DNA of 64,000 bases from Candidatus Hadarchaeum sp. (GCF_038871235.1 NZ_JAVZIN010000005.1:1-64000), one strand, 5' to 3'; positions 47,446 to 58,673 are shown, numbered from the stretch's first letter. The notes: generated by a model not told the origin, from the sequence alone. Numbers and translations: made by a program.

Positions 47446-48738
47446 ATGTTCTTAAAAAGAATTTTCAGCAGGCCTCCATCGCCTGAACCCATGGTGGAAA
47501 GATTAACCGTGGATTCTCTGCGAAAACGAGTGATAGTTTTGAAGGAGGAAAAAATTAAAAAAAGTAGGCCAGAATTGGGCGCCCTAGTGCAGGAGACTAA
47601 CAAAGAATGTGCCGCTCTCTCTGAAAGCCTGAAAGAGCTTCATAGATCAGACCCGGACGAGGCGGTTCATTATGGTCTCGTGAAAACAGCGATTGAGGCC
47701 AGAAAGCTTTTTTACGAGAAGATTTCGCGAGCCATCACCATCATGGAGTGCGCACAGGAACTCACGGGGGCTTCTATTCCGAAGATAAATGAAAGATTTT
47801 CTAAAGCCACTAGCATCATCGGCGACGCTATGAAAGCACACGGACGCTATGTGAGGGCGGTATTCGTAAAAAAATATTCTGAGTTTGAGTTCCACTTGCG
47901 CAAACTGTACGAACTAGTCACGCAAACTCAATCGATTCTCAACAGGATTATCGGCGAAATGAAAGCTTTAGATGATCTCATTTCGGAAATTTCAGCCTAT
48001 CAGCAGATACAGCTGGAGATGGAGAAAATTAAGGAAAACATCGCTTCTTTGCAAGACAACAGCAGAAAGATTGATGCCGAAATCAATGAAGCAGTTTCTC
48101 AACTCGCTCGACTTAAGGGAAGTCCAGAATTTAAAAAGATAACTGAATCGGCTGAAGAACTTGAGAGAACTAGGCACGAAATAAACAGAGAAAAGGAAAC
48201 GGCAACAAGCTTAATCTCTGAGTTGAACCGGCCGTTTCGAAAACTGGAAAAAATCTTAGACGCCGGTGAATATCAAATGGGCCCAGAGACTCGAAGGATT
48301 CTAGAAATTTGTATATATGAACCCACAGAGTTGATTTCCTCCGATGAGAAGCTAACCCTTTTTGAGAAACTTCTCCACGAAACAACTAACCTCGCCAACT
48401 CCGGTAAGATAGATCTAGATAAGCGAGAAAGAAAAAACTTAGAGATCGCAACACGTTTTCTACCGTCGAGGCTGAAGAACATCAAAAATAATTTAGCCAC
48501 TTTGGTGGAAAATGCTGAAACCAAGAAAAAGGAATCTGAAAGCCCTGTATTCGATCAAGCCGGCAAACTGGAAAACTTGATAAAAAAGCTTGAGGAGGAG
48601 CGCAAGGAGGCTCAAAACACTGTCGATGAACTCAAAAACAGGGTTAAATTGAAGGAAGAAGAACTGGTTTCCAGAAAGAACAACTTGCAGAAGCTTGCCA
48701 GCGAAGTCCTAGGAACAAGAGTGGAAATCACTTTTTAA
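47446..48738 (+). CDS. Hypothetical long coiled-coil protein
   Basis: About 430 aa, E/K/L heptad-rich. Confidence 0.7.
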   Translation: MFLKRIFSRPPSPEPMVERLTVDSLRKRVIVLKEEKIKKSRPELGALVQETNKECAALSESLKELHRSDPDEAVHYGLVKTAIEARKLFYEKISRAITIMECAQELTGASIPKINERFSKATSIIGDAMKAHGRYVRAVFVKKYSEFEFHLRKLYELVTQTQSILNRIIGEMKALDDLISEISAYQQIQLEMEKIKENIASLQDNSRKIDAEINEAVSQLARLKGSPEFKKITESAEELERTRHEINREKETATSLISELNRPFRKLEKILDAGEYQMGPETRRILEICIYEPTELISSDEKLTLFEKLLHETTNLANSGKIDLDKRERKNLEIATRFLPSRLKNIKNNLATLVENAETKKKESESPVFDQAGKLENLIKKLEEERKEAQNTVDELKNRVKLKEEELVSRKNNLQKLASEVLGTRVEITF

Positions 48739-48895
48739 AATCCGTGTACCCGCATTTGCCGCAGGACCATCGGTTTTTGTGGTCCGCCATGAACACTCCT
48801 GGACCACAACGGGGACACTGAGGTCTCTGACGCTTCAAGGTTTTTCCATTCAGTTTGTATAGCCTCGACTTCGATGCTTTAACCTTCTCGGCCAT
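48728..48895 (-). CDS. rps27ae: 30S ribosomal protein S27ae (absent from ORF track)
   Basis: Manual translation [55 protein letters not shown]; follows rps24e. Confidence 0.95.
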   Translation of the reverse strand: MAEKVKASKSRLYKLNGKTLKRQRPQCPRCGPGVFMADHKNRWSCGKCGYTDFKK

Positions 48896-48897
48896 AT

Positions 48898-49254
48898 TTA
48901 TCCTTCTCCTTTACTTGATTCGCTCTTAGTTGGAGGCGCCTTCTTCTCCGGCTTCGCCTCAGCGGCTTTTTCCTCCTTAGGCACGCCGCGTTTAAACAGA
49001 TACTCGGGCTCCATAGACTCCAGCTGCTCACGTGTGCTGTAGACACGAGCCACCCCAGTTGCCACCTGACGACCATGTGAGCTAGTGAACCGCTCAACCA
49101 CCAGAAGTTCCTCAGATGTTCCCAGAATTGATGCCAGCTGAGGCTTGACTTCAAGTCGGCTGGGAGTCGGGGCCCCCGAATGATCTATCCTAAACTCGAC
49201 CTCGACCCTCTTAAGCAATGGATTTTCTGTCCTTTTGATCACTTCAATCTTCAC
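48898..49254 (-). CDS. rps24e: 30S ribosomal protein S24e
   Basis: ENPLLKR.E, H..APTPSR, G.ARVY, EPEYL..R. Confidence 0.95.
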   Translation of the reverse strand: MKIEVIKRTENPLLKRVEVEFRIDHSGAPTPSRLEVKPQLASILGTSEELLVVERFTSSHGRQVATGVARVYSTREQLESMEPEYLFKRGVPKEEKAAEAKPEKKAPPTKSESSKGEG

Positions 49255-49336
49255 TTTTATCCCCTTCTCAATAGAACTATACCAAAATAAACCCCACGTT
49301 TTAAATTATTTGGGTTGGGTAAGATCGCCGGTTGTA

Positions 49337-49852
49337 TCATCCCTCAAATTGGCTCAGGATCTCCCGAAATTCTTGGCGCTTTTTTTCATCGACCTCGATC
49401 AAAACGACTCCTTGTCTTGGCTGTCCGTACACCACAACCGACCCATCCTGTGAGGTGAGCACCGCCGGGATTGTGGCAAGATCCTCTTCACCCTCCACGA
49501 TGATCTTTGTGGGCGGTTTTGCCGACTCCACCGCTTTCCAGAGCTCCGGAGATATCGAGGCGGCAGGGTTCCTAACCTGAATAACTTTGGCTTCAAAGGA
49601 TTCTAATGTTGACTTAATCTCCTCACCAGCCGGAGTTCTCATGATAACTAAATCTATCACAGCGATGTCGGGTTTAAACCCGGCAATGAGAAAGCCATAG
49701 GTTACCATATCGCCGACCGTGATCAACCTGTTGGGCCTGATTCTACGAAGACGATCAAAAACATCGTCTAGGTTGGTATACAGTATGCCCAATGGTCGCT
49801 GAAGCCTTGGACGCAGACTTTCCGGCAGCTTCAGTATTCTATTTTCAAGCAT
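49337..49852 (-). CDS. DUF359 GTP-dependent dephospho-CoA kinase
   Basis: TVGD.VT, PD.AVID, NPA..I, VEGEEDL, YGQP..G; conserved upstream of rps24e. Confidence 0.9.
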   Translation of the reverse strand: MLENRILKLPESLRPRLQRPLGILYTNLDDVFDRLRRIRPNRLITVGDMVTYGFLIAGFKPDIAVIDLVIMRTPAGEEIKSTLESFEAKVIQVRNPAASISPELWKAVESAKPPTKIIVEGEEDLATIPAVLTSQDGSVVVYGQPRQGVVLIEVDEKKRQEFREILSQFEG

Positions 49853-49910
49853 GCGTATCAGCATCGTTGGATTTATAACCTCAATTAAATACATCGTTTG
49901 AGCTGAATAA

Positions 49911-52748
49911 ATGGATGTTTTTTCCCAGTTGATAGAGCCGGTGAGGCGGGTCATCAAGGGCATGGGGATTAGCAGCCCCACCAAGCCACAGGAGCTGGCC
50001 CTACCCGCTATCCTAGGCGGAAAAAACGTGCTACTGGTTGCTCCCACCGGTACTGGAAAAACCGAGGCCGCCATTCTTCCGGTACTTAGCCTTTACCTGT
50101 CGCAAAAGCGGGCCGCAGGAATCGAGATACTTTACATCGCCCCGCTCCGGGCACTGAACCGTGATATGCTCAGCAGGTTCACGAAAATCTGTGAAGCTCT
50201 GGGAATCACTGTCGCGGTCAGACACGGCGACACACCAGCGGGCGAACGGCAGCAGCAGAAAATGGAACCACCCAAAATGTTGATCACGACGCCAGAAACT
50301 CTTCAAGCCATACTGCCTGGAAAAATTATCGGAAAACACCTGAAAAGCGTTCGGTGGGTGATTATAGATGAAATACATGAGCTGGCCACTGACAAGCGTG
50401 GGGTTCAGCTAGCTGTGGGTTTGGAGCGCCTCTCGGAAATAGCCGGCAATTTTCAGCGCATTGGACTCTCGGCCACAGTCGGTTCAAAAAATGAGATAGC
50501 AAAGTTTCTGGTTGGTTCTGACCGCCAAGTGGAGATTCTGGATGCCTCGATGGAGAAGAAGATTAAAATCAGGATTGAGAGCCCCCTGCCATCCAAAAAT
50601 GATATCGGGCTTGCGGAGCGCCTCTCTGTTGACCCCACGATGGCAGCGAGGTTCAGAAGGCTTCATGAGCTGATCGATAAACATGGCTCAGTCCTGATCT
50701 TCGTCAACACTAGGGAGACAGCAGAAACATTGGGATCTCGCCTTAAATTGCTCGAACCATCGCTGAAGGTAGGCATCCACCATGGTTCCTTGGCTAGGGA
50801 AATCAGGATCGAGGCTGAAGAGGGCTTCCGCAGCGGCCGTCTGAGAGGACTCATCTGCACCTCCTCCATGGAGCTTGGAATCGACATTGGGGCGGTGGAT
50901 TTGGTGGTCCAGTACATGTCGCCGCGCCAAGTGACTAGATTAATTCAACGAGTGGGCCGTTCAGGCCATCGTGCCGAAGCTAGCTCGGAAGGAATTATAA
51001 TCGCGGCCAGCCCGGACGACGTTGCCGAAGCTATGATCATCGGAAAGAAAACGTTGTTGGGTGAACTAGAGCCAGAAAAATTCCACTGCCTCCCGCTGGA
51101 TGTCTTGGCCCACCAACTGGTCGGGATCTCCTTGGATCGGGGCAGACCGAGCATCGAGGAGGCCGTCTCGTTGTTGAAAAGGGCCAGACCATACCAGAGT
51201 TTGGACGCGGCTACTGCTGAACGGGTGTTAAAACAACTTGATTCAGAAGGCATGGTGAGATTAGAAGACAAACATTTTAGGCCCCGCAAACCCGGATTTT
51301 CTTACTATTTCACCAATTTGTCAATGATACCGGACACCCGGCGCTACACGATAAAGGACATCGTCTCAGGAAAAACAGTTGGCACTTTGGATGAGGAATT
51401 TGTCGCCTATCACGGGGACCAAGATCTAACCTTCATAATGAAGGGCGAAGCTTGGAAAATAATTGAAATTGATAACGAACGTGGGCAAGTGTTGGTCGAG
51501 CCGAGCAACGACCTGTTGGGAGCCATTCCGGCCTGGGAAGGAGAGCTAATTCCGGTGCCTTTTGAAGTCGCCCACGAAGTTGGTTCCCTTAGGTCGAAGA
51601 TATCTCAATTGCTAAAAAAGGGCCACGCTTGCGAAGAGATAGTTTCTGTACTTGCCAAGGAATACCCAGTGGACAACCAAGCTGCGGGTTGGTTGGTGGA
51701 GTATATTAATGAGCAAGTTACCAGCGGTACCGTTCCCACGCATGAAGATATCTTAGTCGAAGCTAGCGGTAACTTTGTGGTCCTGCACGCTTGCTTCGGT
51801 AGTCTCGTCAACCAGACCATGGCATTGATTTTAGCGGCCCTGCTGACAGCAAGAACGGGGGCTAGCGTCACTGTAAAGGTTGACCCCTATCGAATTGCCT
51901 TCAAGCTGGCGGTTAAAGCCGATCCGGAACTTATCAAGACGATTATCACTGAACTCAAGCCGGAGCATCTGTTACCCCTCCTAAGGATAGCCTTGAAAGA
52001 CAGCCCAATGTTCAGGTGGCGTTTAATTCAAGTTGCGAAGAGATCTGGGGCGATAAAGAGGGACGCCGACCTGACTCAGTTAAACTTACGTCGTTTGGTG
52101 GTCCATTTCGAGGGTACACCAATCTACGAGGAGGCTCTGAAGGAGATGACGGTGGAAAAACTCGACGTTGAGAAAACTGTGGAAATTCTCAGGCTTCTAA
52201 GATCAGGGGCCATCAGAATCTCGACGTTAAGCGGCGAAGAACCGACGCCGTTAGCCTGGCCTGTGTTGAACGAAATATCGGGGAGTGAACTAATTCTGCC
52301 CAAAAAGGCTGAGCGGGAGATCATCCGCGCTCTCGTTAGGCGTTTGGACCAACAAATTGTCAGGCTTCACTGTCTTAACTGCAACCAATGGTCTACAACC
52401 ACCAGAGTCGGGCGCGTCGAGGACCCTCCGATATGCAAGAACTGCGGGGCTAGGCTGATCACCCTGCTGCCTCGAGAAAATCGCGTACTTTTATTGGCAA
52501 TAAAAAAACATGCGGCGGGGACAAAGCTCAACCGGGAAGAAGAACACCGGGTTAAGCGGTCTTTCCAGGCCGCAAACTTGGTCCTGAGCTACGGAAAACG
52601 GGCGGTGATCGCCCTGTCCGGCCGCGGCATTGGGCCTCAGACTGCGGCCAGAATTCTCAGCAAAAACTCCTCGGATGAAGCCTTTTACCGAGACATCCTT
52701 CAAGCGGAAAGAATTTACTCACGCACCAGACGTTTCTGGGACGTGTGA
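49911..52748 (+). CDS. lhr: Lhr-like SF2 helicase
   Basis: APTGTGKT, TTPET, IDEIHE, GLSAT, HHGSL, QRVGRSGH, C-terminal CxxC pair. Confidence 0.92.
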   Translation: MDVFSQLIEPVRRVIKGMGISSPTKPQELALPAILGGKNVLLVAPTGTGKTEAAILPVLSLYLSQKRAAGIEILYIAPLRALNRDMLSRFTKICEALGITVAVRHGDTPAGERQQQKMEPPKMLITTPETLQAILPGKIIGKHLKSVRWVIIDEIHELATDKRGVQLAVGLERLSEIAGNFQRIGLSATVGSKNEIAKFLVGSDRQVEILDASMEKKIKIRIESPLPSKNDIGLAERLSVDPTMAARFRRLHELIDKHGSVLIFVNTRETAETLGSRLKLLEPSLKVGIHHGSLAREIRIEAEEGFRSGRLRGLICTSSMELGIDIGAVDLVVQYMSPRQVTRLIQRVGRSGHRAEASSEGIIIAASPDDVAEAMIIGKKTLLGELEPEKFHCLPLDVLAHQLVGISLDRGRPSIEEAVSLLKRARPYQSLDAATAERVLKQLDSEGMVRLEDKHFRPRKPGFSYYFTNLSMIPDTRRYTIKDIVSGKTVGTLDEEFVAYHGDQDLTFIMKGEAWKIIEIDNERGQVLVEPSNDLLGAIPAWEGELIPVPFEVAHEVGSLRSKISQLLKKGHACEEIVSVLAKEYPVDNQAAGWLVEYINEQVTSGTVPTHEDILVEASGNFVVLHACFGSLVNQTMALILAALLTARTGASVTVKVDPYRIAFKLAVKADPELIKTIITELKPEHLLPLLRIALKDSPMFRWRLIQVAKRSGAIKRDADLTQLNLRRLVVHFEGTPIYEEALKEMTVEKLDVEKTVEILRLLRSGAIRISTLSGEEPTPLAWPVLNEISGSELILPKKAEREIIRALVRRLDQQIVRLHCLNCNQWSTTTRVGRVEDPPICKNCGARLITLLPRENRVLLLAIKKHAAGTKLNREEEHRVKRSFQAANLVLSYGKRAVIALSGRGIGPQTAARILSKNSSDEAFYRDILQAERIYSRTRRFWDV

Positions 52749-52828
52749 ATCAACCCACACCAGACCTCCAAGAAGCCAATACATTTTCATTCAAGTCAAT
52801 TTTTATAAACAGACGCTTGTTCAATTGA

Positions 52829-54103
52829 TCAAGCCAAAATCCTAGTGCCGCTTTTTCCCATTTCTACTAACAGCTCTCGCAACTGCTCTAGCCTTGAATC
52901 TATCATTACCGGTTTCTCAACCATTTTCATCGCGGTGGCCACATCCTTGAGCCCACCGCCTGTGACTTCGACCACAACGATATCGGAACCCGAGATAACG
53001 CCTTCATCCAACAACCTCTTCAATCCCGCCAGACCGGCTGCTCCGGAAGGCTCAGCAAAAATACCCTCGCTTCTGGCCAAGCGCTTAACGGCTTCCAGTA
53101 TTTCCGCGTCGCTTACGGACGCTGCTGTTCCATTGGAGCGCTTGATCGCGGGGATTGCGGTATCGGCGTCCCAAGGGTAGGGATCAACCAGTCCGCCCGC
53201 TACCGTCTTCGGGTTGGGCCACGGTTGTATCTCGTATGGTGGCGTGCCTTCCTTAAATGCCTTGACAATCGGAGCACAACCCTCAGCCTGAATCGCGACG
53301 AGGCGTGGCACTTCCCTTGTCAGACCCATCTGCTGGAATTCAAAATAACCCTTAGCATTGCCCGAAAGAAGCGTGCCGGCTCCGGTGGGGACGATTACCC
53401 AATCGGGCACTTGCCAGCCCAGTTGCTCGCAGACTTCATAGGAAATTGTCTTCGAGCCCTCGGGCTGATAGGGGTTGAAGGCCCCACCGCTGGGGATCGG
53501 ATGCCAGCCGAATTTCTTCCAAGATTCCTGCATGAGCTTGTAGGTCGGGTCACCATTGCTGCGCTCCTTGGGCTGAACGACATGAGCACCGTGCATCAAA
53601 AGCTGAGCTACTTTGCTCTCTGGGGCGCCAGCGGGAACAAAGGCGTGACACTTGATGCCCGCCTTGGCCGCATAAGCGGATAGAGCTACAGCGGCGTTAC
53701 CACTTGAAGCACACACCACTGCGCGAGCCCCAAACTCCACAGCTTTTGATACGCCCACACTCATGGGCCGATCCTTGAACGAAGAGGTCGGGTTTCTGGT
53801 CTCGTCCTTTAAATAGAGGTGCTTCACCTTTAGCTCCTTCGCCAGACTTGTCGCCGGAATTAGTGGCGTCCCCCCCTCTCCAAGCGACACAATATTTTTC
53901 CGGTTCATCAACGGCAGCAGCTCAAAATACTTCCAGACACCACTTTTTCTTCTGGCGAGTTTTTCTCTATTGATTTCCTCCGCAATGAGCTGATAATCGT
54001 AAATCACATCGAGCTTCCCGCCGCAGCTCCTGCAGACATATAGGTCCTTGGCTGGCCGGTATCTTCTCCCGCACCTGAGACATCTGAGTTCTGAAAAGGG
54101 CAA
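52829..54103 (-). CDS. thrC: Threonine synthase
   Basis: N-terminal CxxC pair, LGEGGTPL, NPT.SFKDR, ASSGN, EG.KT. Confidence 0.88.
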   Translation of the reverse strand: MPFSELRCLRCGRRYRPAKDLYVCRSCGGKLDVIYDYQLIAEEINREKLARRKSGVWKYFELLPLMNRKNIVSLGEGGTPLIPATSLAKELKVKHLYLKDETRNPTSSFKDRPMSVGVSKAVEFGARAVVCASSGNAAVALSAYAAKAGIKCHAFVPAGAPESKVAQLLMHGAHVVQPKERSNGDPTYKLMQESWKKFGWHPIPSGGAFNPYQPEGSKTISYEVCEQLGWQVPDWVIVPTGAGTLLSGNAKGYFEFQQMGLTREVPRLVAIQAEGCAPIVKAFKEGTPPYEIQPWPNPKTVAGGLVDPYPWDADTAIPAIKRSNGTAASVSDAEILEAVKRLARSEGIFAEPSGAAGLAGLKRLLDEGVISGSDIVVVEVTGGGLKDVATAMKMVEKPVMIDSRLEQLRELLVEMGKSGTRILA

Positions 54104-54193
54104 CTTCTCACCCGCCTTCTCTGTTTCCCAGAAGATAATGAAGTGCCCTGTAGTTTTAAATCCCCCTACGCTCAAACTTGTATGGGAGATGGG

Positions 54194-54775
54194 ATGACAG
54201 TTGATATCTGGATCGAAATCTTCCTTGTCGCAATCATTCTAATTCTTCTGGGCTGGATACTCTACTCAGGTGGTGGCTCACGTCAGCGCAAGTTACAACA
54301 GGAGATCGAGGCCCAGCGTGAGGAACTCAGGCTATTGAGGGAAGCCAATGAATCGCTGCGCAACGCCCTTGGGCTCAGTGAAGAAGGCAAGCTGAGGCGC
54401 CATCAAGAGATATTTCAATTTCTGAGAGACTTGGAGAGCCTTCGCGCAGCCATAGCTGGCTCGACCATCTCCCAAAAGGTGCTTCGAAGCAAATACGGCG
54501 ATGTTGAAGGTTTTGAGCTTCTCACCCGAATAATGGACGCTAGGCCGAACATAGACCCCGCAGTGAAGAGGAGAATCGCGGACGAAATTTTGGTTGGTGA
54601 AGCCGGAAGAACAATAATGAAGGCCTTGGATAAGGGAGCTTCGATAGACCGGGCGGCCTCCGCTGCTGGCATGCCGCTAATCGTGGCCAAAGGACAGATA
54701 AGAAGGCTCCAGATGCTGGGTTACTTGGACTCTAGGCTCAAACCGACCGAGCAGGGACGTAGGGCTTTGGAATGA
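54194..54775 (+). CDS. Hypothetical membrane-anchored coiled-coil protein with C-terminal HTH-like segment
   Basis: N-terminal TM helix, coiled coil, L..LGYLD..L.PT..G ending. Confidence 0.65.
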   Translation: MTVDIWIEIFLVAIILILLGWILYSGGGSRQRKLQQEIEAQREELRLLREANESLRNALGLSEEGKLRRHQEIFQFLRDLESLRAAIAGSTISQKVLRSKYGDVEGFELLTRIMDARPNIDPAVKRRIADEILVGEAGRTIMKALDKGASIDRAASAAGMPLIVAKGQIRRLQMLGYLDSRLKPTEQGRRALE

Positions 54776-54991
54776 AAAGTCATTGAAAACATTTTATCGA
54801 TCTCCCTAGTCGAGATTCCGGACGAACCTCTTGCCATTTCTGGGGAGTCCTGCTACTGGGCCATTTAAGTCCGATCTTGCTAAAAAATAAGAGGCCTGAG
54901 TCATAATGACGGGCATAAAGTTGCCCACTGACGGTCACTAACACTCCCGTAAAGCGTAAAAAGTAGAGTAATAGTTTATACTGGGATAAAA

Positions 54992-55963
54992 ATGGTTAGC
55001 CTCGGCCGAAACTTCAAAAATTGCCTCCTGATAGAGCACCTAGACGAGCGGGAAAAGCTCGCCTTCATTAAAGGGGAGCTAAGTTTAAGTTCAATAAATC
55101 CAAAAGTGCTAAAAAAAGCCAAGTTGAACGTTGAAAGGCAGATTGAGATAATTACTGATCTCGGGATGTCCCATCTTGAAATCGAGCTGGATTCCACCGA
55201 TGCCTACTTGGATTTTTACCCTGAAAAAAGGGAGCGCATCAACGAACTGGCTAAAGCAAACGAGCTGACTTTGTCCGTGAACCTGCCCCACTCATTCACC
55301 AACGGGGGCATTGGCTCGCTCAGGGAAGAGGACAGGGAAGCTGCAACGGAGATTCAAAAAAAGCACATTCAACTCGCCGCTGATATCGGCGCAAAATATG
55401 TGAGTCTATGCCCTGGAAACGTTCCTGCTGAAAACAGGACCGGGAATTATAGGGAGATGGTACACAACTCTTTGGTCAACAGCTTGGTGGAACTGGGAAA
55501 ATTTGCCAACGAGCTGGGCCTAGCCCTTCACCTGGAGAACAACGTCGCCTTCGATGGCATCTGCTATGAAATCGATGAATGCCTCAGGTTGGTGAAAAGA
55601 GTAAGGGAGCAGGGTGTGCCCATCTACTTCAACTTTGACATTGGAAATTGGCTGACCAATGCTGAATTTACCCGACAAACAATGGCACATCCGGAAAGCT
55701 CCCTTGCATCAATATCGCCCGATTATATCAAGGAGCTTCATCTGAGCGACTATGTCCCAGAAGAAATGACCTTGCGGCCGCCATTGCACCTAGAACTGGG
55801 GATGATGAAACATTATAATCTGGAACACTACGCTAGGCTAGCTAAAATAAAAAAGGCAGAAACCGTCGTCGTGGAAACTGAGATCAAAAGCTTGGAGCAG
55901 GCGATAAATTACAAGGATGTTCTTCGCAACGAAACGGACTACCTGTTCCACATCTTCAGATAG
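54992..55963 (+). CDS. Xylose isomerase-like TIM-barrel (AP endonuclease 2 family) protein
   Basis: HLENN, FDIGN, ELHLSD, VVE. Confidence 0.75.
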   Translation: MVSLGRNFKNCLLIEHLDEREKLAFIKGELSLSSINPKVLKKAKLNVERQIEIITDLGMSHLEIELDSTDAYLDFYPEKRERINELAKANELTLSVNLPHSFTNGGIGSLREEDREAATEIQKKHIQLAADIGAKYVSLCPGNVPAENRTGNYREMVHNSLVNSLVELGKFANELGLALHLENNVAFDGICYEIDECLRLVKRVREQGVPIYFNFDIGNWLTNAEFTRQTMAHPESSLASISPDYIKELHLSDYVPEEMTLRPPLHLELGMMKHYNLEHYARLAKIKKAETVVVETEIKSLEQAINYKDVLRNETDYLFHIFR

Positions 55964-55986
55964 GTGCAGCCAGGTTGTTTAAAAAC

Positions 55987-56598
55987 TTACTTCAGTAGCT
56001 TGGCAACTTCTTCCTCAGAGAGTTCCCGGTAGCCGTTCTTATCGATGACCGCCACCATCGTCTTCTCGCCTGTGGCCGCATCCCTCTCTATTGCCGTTTT
56101 TATCGACTGCGCCGCCAGCTTGGCACATTCCTCTAGCGACATATCGTCCCGGTACATCTGCTCGAGCACACCGTAGGCAATCGTCGACCCTGTTCCGGCG
56201 CTGGCAAACTTTTCCTCCTCGATCTTCCCACCGACGGGGTCAAGGAAGTATAGACAAGGCCCCTCCGGGTCTATTCCCGAGATAACACCTGCGACTATGT
56301 AAGGAAAAATTCTCCTGCCAAAGAGGAGGTTCGACGCCACCTGGACTAGACCTTTGGTCGTGATGGGACGACCCCGATTCAACCGGTAAAGGTTGGCCTC
56401 GGCCCGAAGCAGGCTCACAAAGCTCTGGATGTCGCCGGAGCTTCCTGAAATCGCGGCACCGATGAAATCATCCAGCTTGAACAGCTTGGGAACCCTCTTG
56501 CTAACCACGAGATAATAAGAGGTCCCTCTAGTGTCAGAGGCTAGCGCTATGCCCTCCTTGCATCTCAGGCCCACGACGGTTCCGGTGAATCCAAACAT
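55987..56598 (-). CDS. psmB: Proteasome beta subunit (likely non-catalytic paralog)
   Basis: VGL.C.EG..LASD.R, SG..GD, LD..GG, G.GS..AYGVLE, ERD.ATG; lacks the N-terminal TTT. Confidence 0.9.
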   Translation of the reverse strand: MFGFTGTVVGLRCKEGIALASDTRGTSYYLVVSKRVPKLFKLDDFIGAAISGSSGDIQSFVSLLRAEANLYRLNRGRPITTKGLVQVASNLLFGRRIFPYIVAGVISGIDPEGPCLYFLDPVGGKIEEEKFASAGTGSTIAYGVLEQMYRDDMSLEECAKLAAQSIKTAIERDAATGEKTMVAVIDKNGYRELSEEEVAKLLK

Positions 56599-56774
56599 AA
56601 AGGTCAAAATTAACTAAACCCACGGGTTATAATAATTATCGCCTAACCAGAAAACTAGCGGGACCACGCCAGTGTTTTCTCAGGTGTTGTCAACCAAACA
56701 ACGCCAGTGACTATATAAGCTAATCTTTCCGATATTCTTCATTTATTAATGCCCCGCGCGCAAAGCTCCGGCGG

Positions 56775-57446
56775 GTGAAAGTGGAGGTGAACACGACCAA
56801 GCTAAGCCTGATATGTTCCTTGGTGGGCTTGGTTGCTATATACGCGGCCGCTGTTACAGTCCGACCCAAGATAACCCCAATCGCTAGCCTGAACGAAAGT
56901 TTCATCGGACTCAGAGTTTCCGTTTCAGGTCAAGTTGTCGACTACCGTGACCACAAGGAGGGCCACCTTTTTCTCAAGCTGAAGGATAAATCCGGGGGGC
57001 TGGTCAATGTGCCGATATTCTCCAGAACTCGTTCGCAGCTCGAAGAATCAATTGAACTTCTTGACATCGTGGAAATAACCGGAGAAGTTGCCCTTTACCA
57101 AGGAGAACTTGAGGTAATCCCGGAGGGGGCCAAGCATGTCAAAATTGTGCACACGGCACCGACAAAGCTTTCTGAAATCGGCAAAGAAAATGCAGGCGCT
57201 CCGGTCAAGGTACAAGGTATAATTTCCAAGCGAGAAATCGTTGGGAGCGGTAACCTGGTGCTAACATTGGAGAATGACGGGAACAGACTGCCGGTTTTCG
57301 TCCCCTCTTGGATCGCCGAGGATGGTTTACCTGAGGTTCACGTCGGCGATACTGTCCGAGTTGATGGCTGGATTCAGCTCTACAATGGGGAGGTTGAGCT
57401 AAAGCTGACCAATGCCTCGCATCTGCACTTGGTTGAGGATGCTTAG
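56775..57446 (+). CDS. Membrane-anchored tandem OB-fold nucleic-acid-binding protein
   Basis: N-terminal TM helix; two repeats of V.V.G...GH/GN..L....Y.GE.E. Confidence 0.75.
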   Translation: MKVEVNTTKLSLICSLVGLVAIYAAAVTVRPKITPIASLNESFIGLRVSVSGQVVDYRDHKEGHLFLKLKDKSGGLVNVPIFSRTRSQLEESIELLDIVEITGEVALYQGELEVIPEGAKHVKIVHTAPTKLSEIGKENAGAPVKVQGIISKREIVGSGNLVLTLENDGNRLPVFVPSWIAEDGLPEVHVGDTVRVDGWIQLYNGEVELKLTNASHLHLVEDA

Positions 57447-58673
57447 ATGCTGGAAACGCTCGCTTACGTCATGGCGGGTGTGGCGCTGGGAACGTTAACC
57501 GGACTGATACTAGGACTCCACGTCAACAACCTGACCCCGATCTTGATCGCTCTGGCCGCCGGTGCCTCGAGGGAGATGGTGGCCTTGATAGTCGCGATGT
57601 CGATCACAAATGCTTTCATAAGTTATATTCCCTCAACTTTCCTCGCCGCGCCTGAAGAGGGCACCGAACTCTCCGTGTTGCCTGCCCACCGACTTCTCCT
57701 CGAGGGGAGAGGATATCAGGCAATCAGGCTCTCGGCAACCGGTTGCTTGGGTGGTGTGATGCTATCCGCGGCGCTGGCCTTGCCGTTTATGCCTGCCCTT
57801 GGTCCGATTTATGACCTCATCAAGCCACTGATGCACTGGTTGCTCCTCGCCGTCACCGGTGTAATGATCTCCCTAGAGAGGTCTTGGAATAAAATTGTCT
57901 GGGCGTTAGCAATTTTTCTAGTGTCGGGGCTACTCGGCCTTGTCTCCCTTGACTCCGGCATCATGCCTGCTGACACCGCGCTGCTGCCCTTACTCTCAGG
58001 ACTTTTCGGAGCCAGCGTGCTGCTGCCCAGCATTATCAACTGCAGCTCACTTCCTGAACAATACACGGATGAGAAAGCGATTAAAATCCAAACTGGTCTG
58101 AAACCTGTCTGCGCTGGGACTGCCGCTGGAATCCTAACCGGAATTGTGCCAAGCATCGGCCCCTCCCAAGGTACCGTGCTGGCCCAGCTGGTTGCCCGCT
58201 CTAGGGGCACCGAAGAATTTCTGCTGTCAGTAAGCAGCGTGAACACCTCTAAGGCCATTTTTTCCTTCCTCGCGATTTTTGCCATCGGAAGGGCCAGAAG
58301 CGGGGCTGCCGTTGCTGTCCAGAAGATCATGGAGGCCGGCAACGTCAACCCGCTGCTGATAATTGGTGTGGCTCTACTCGCCGGAGGCATTGCCGCTATC
58401 CTAGAGCTCCAACTGGGAAAGCTCGCCGCCGGGCACATGGACCGACTACCCTACCGGGGCCTCGGTGTCGCCGTCATGACTTTTATATTGGGACTTACCT
58501 TTTACTGTTCTGGGTTAATCGGGATTCTGGTGCTGGTTACGGCCACAGCAGTTGGAACGCTGCCCGCTTTAACCAAAGTAAAAAGAACCCATTGCATGGG
58601 GGTGCTCATGCTGCCCTGCATGCTCTTCTTCGCCGGAGCAAAGAATATCGCTTTAACCGCACTTGGTCTCTGA
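57447..58673 (+). CDS. TctA-like (tripartite tricarboxylate transporter permease) membrane protein
   Basis: GL..GLH.N, IPS.FL..P, VLP.HRL...G.G, LLSGLFG, G.ARSG, R.HCMG.L. Confidence 0.8.
   Translation: MLETLAYVMAGVALGTLTGLILGLHVNNLTPILIALAAGASREMVALIVAMSITNAFISYIPSTFLAAPEEGTELSVLPAHRLLLEGRGYQAIRLSATGCLGGVMLSAALALPFMPALGPIYDLIKPLMHWLLLAVTGVMISLERSWNKIVWALAIFLVSGLLGLVSLDSGIMPADTALLPLLSGLFGASVLLPSIINCSSLPEQYTDEKAIKIQTGLKPVCAGTAAGILTGIVPSIGPSQGTVLAQLVARSRGTEEFLLSVSSVNTSKAIFSFLAIFAIGRARSGAAVAVQKIMEAGNVNPLLIIGVALLAGGIAAILELQLGKLAAGHMDRLPYRGLGVAVMTFILGLTFYCSGLIGILVLVTATAVGTLPALTKVKRTHCMGVLMLPCMLFFAGAKNIALTALGL

Noticed and set aside
56666-56709. 9-bp direct repeat ACGCCAGTG (56666-74, 56701-09) in a divergent promoter region
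   Set aside because: Only two short copies; not a CRISPR array and plausibly chance.
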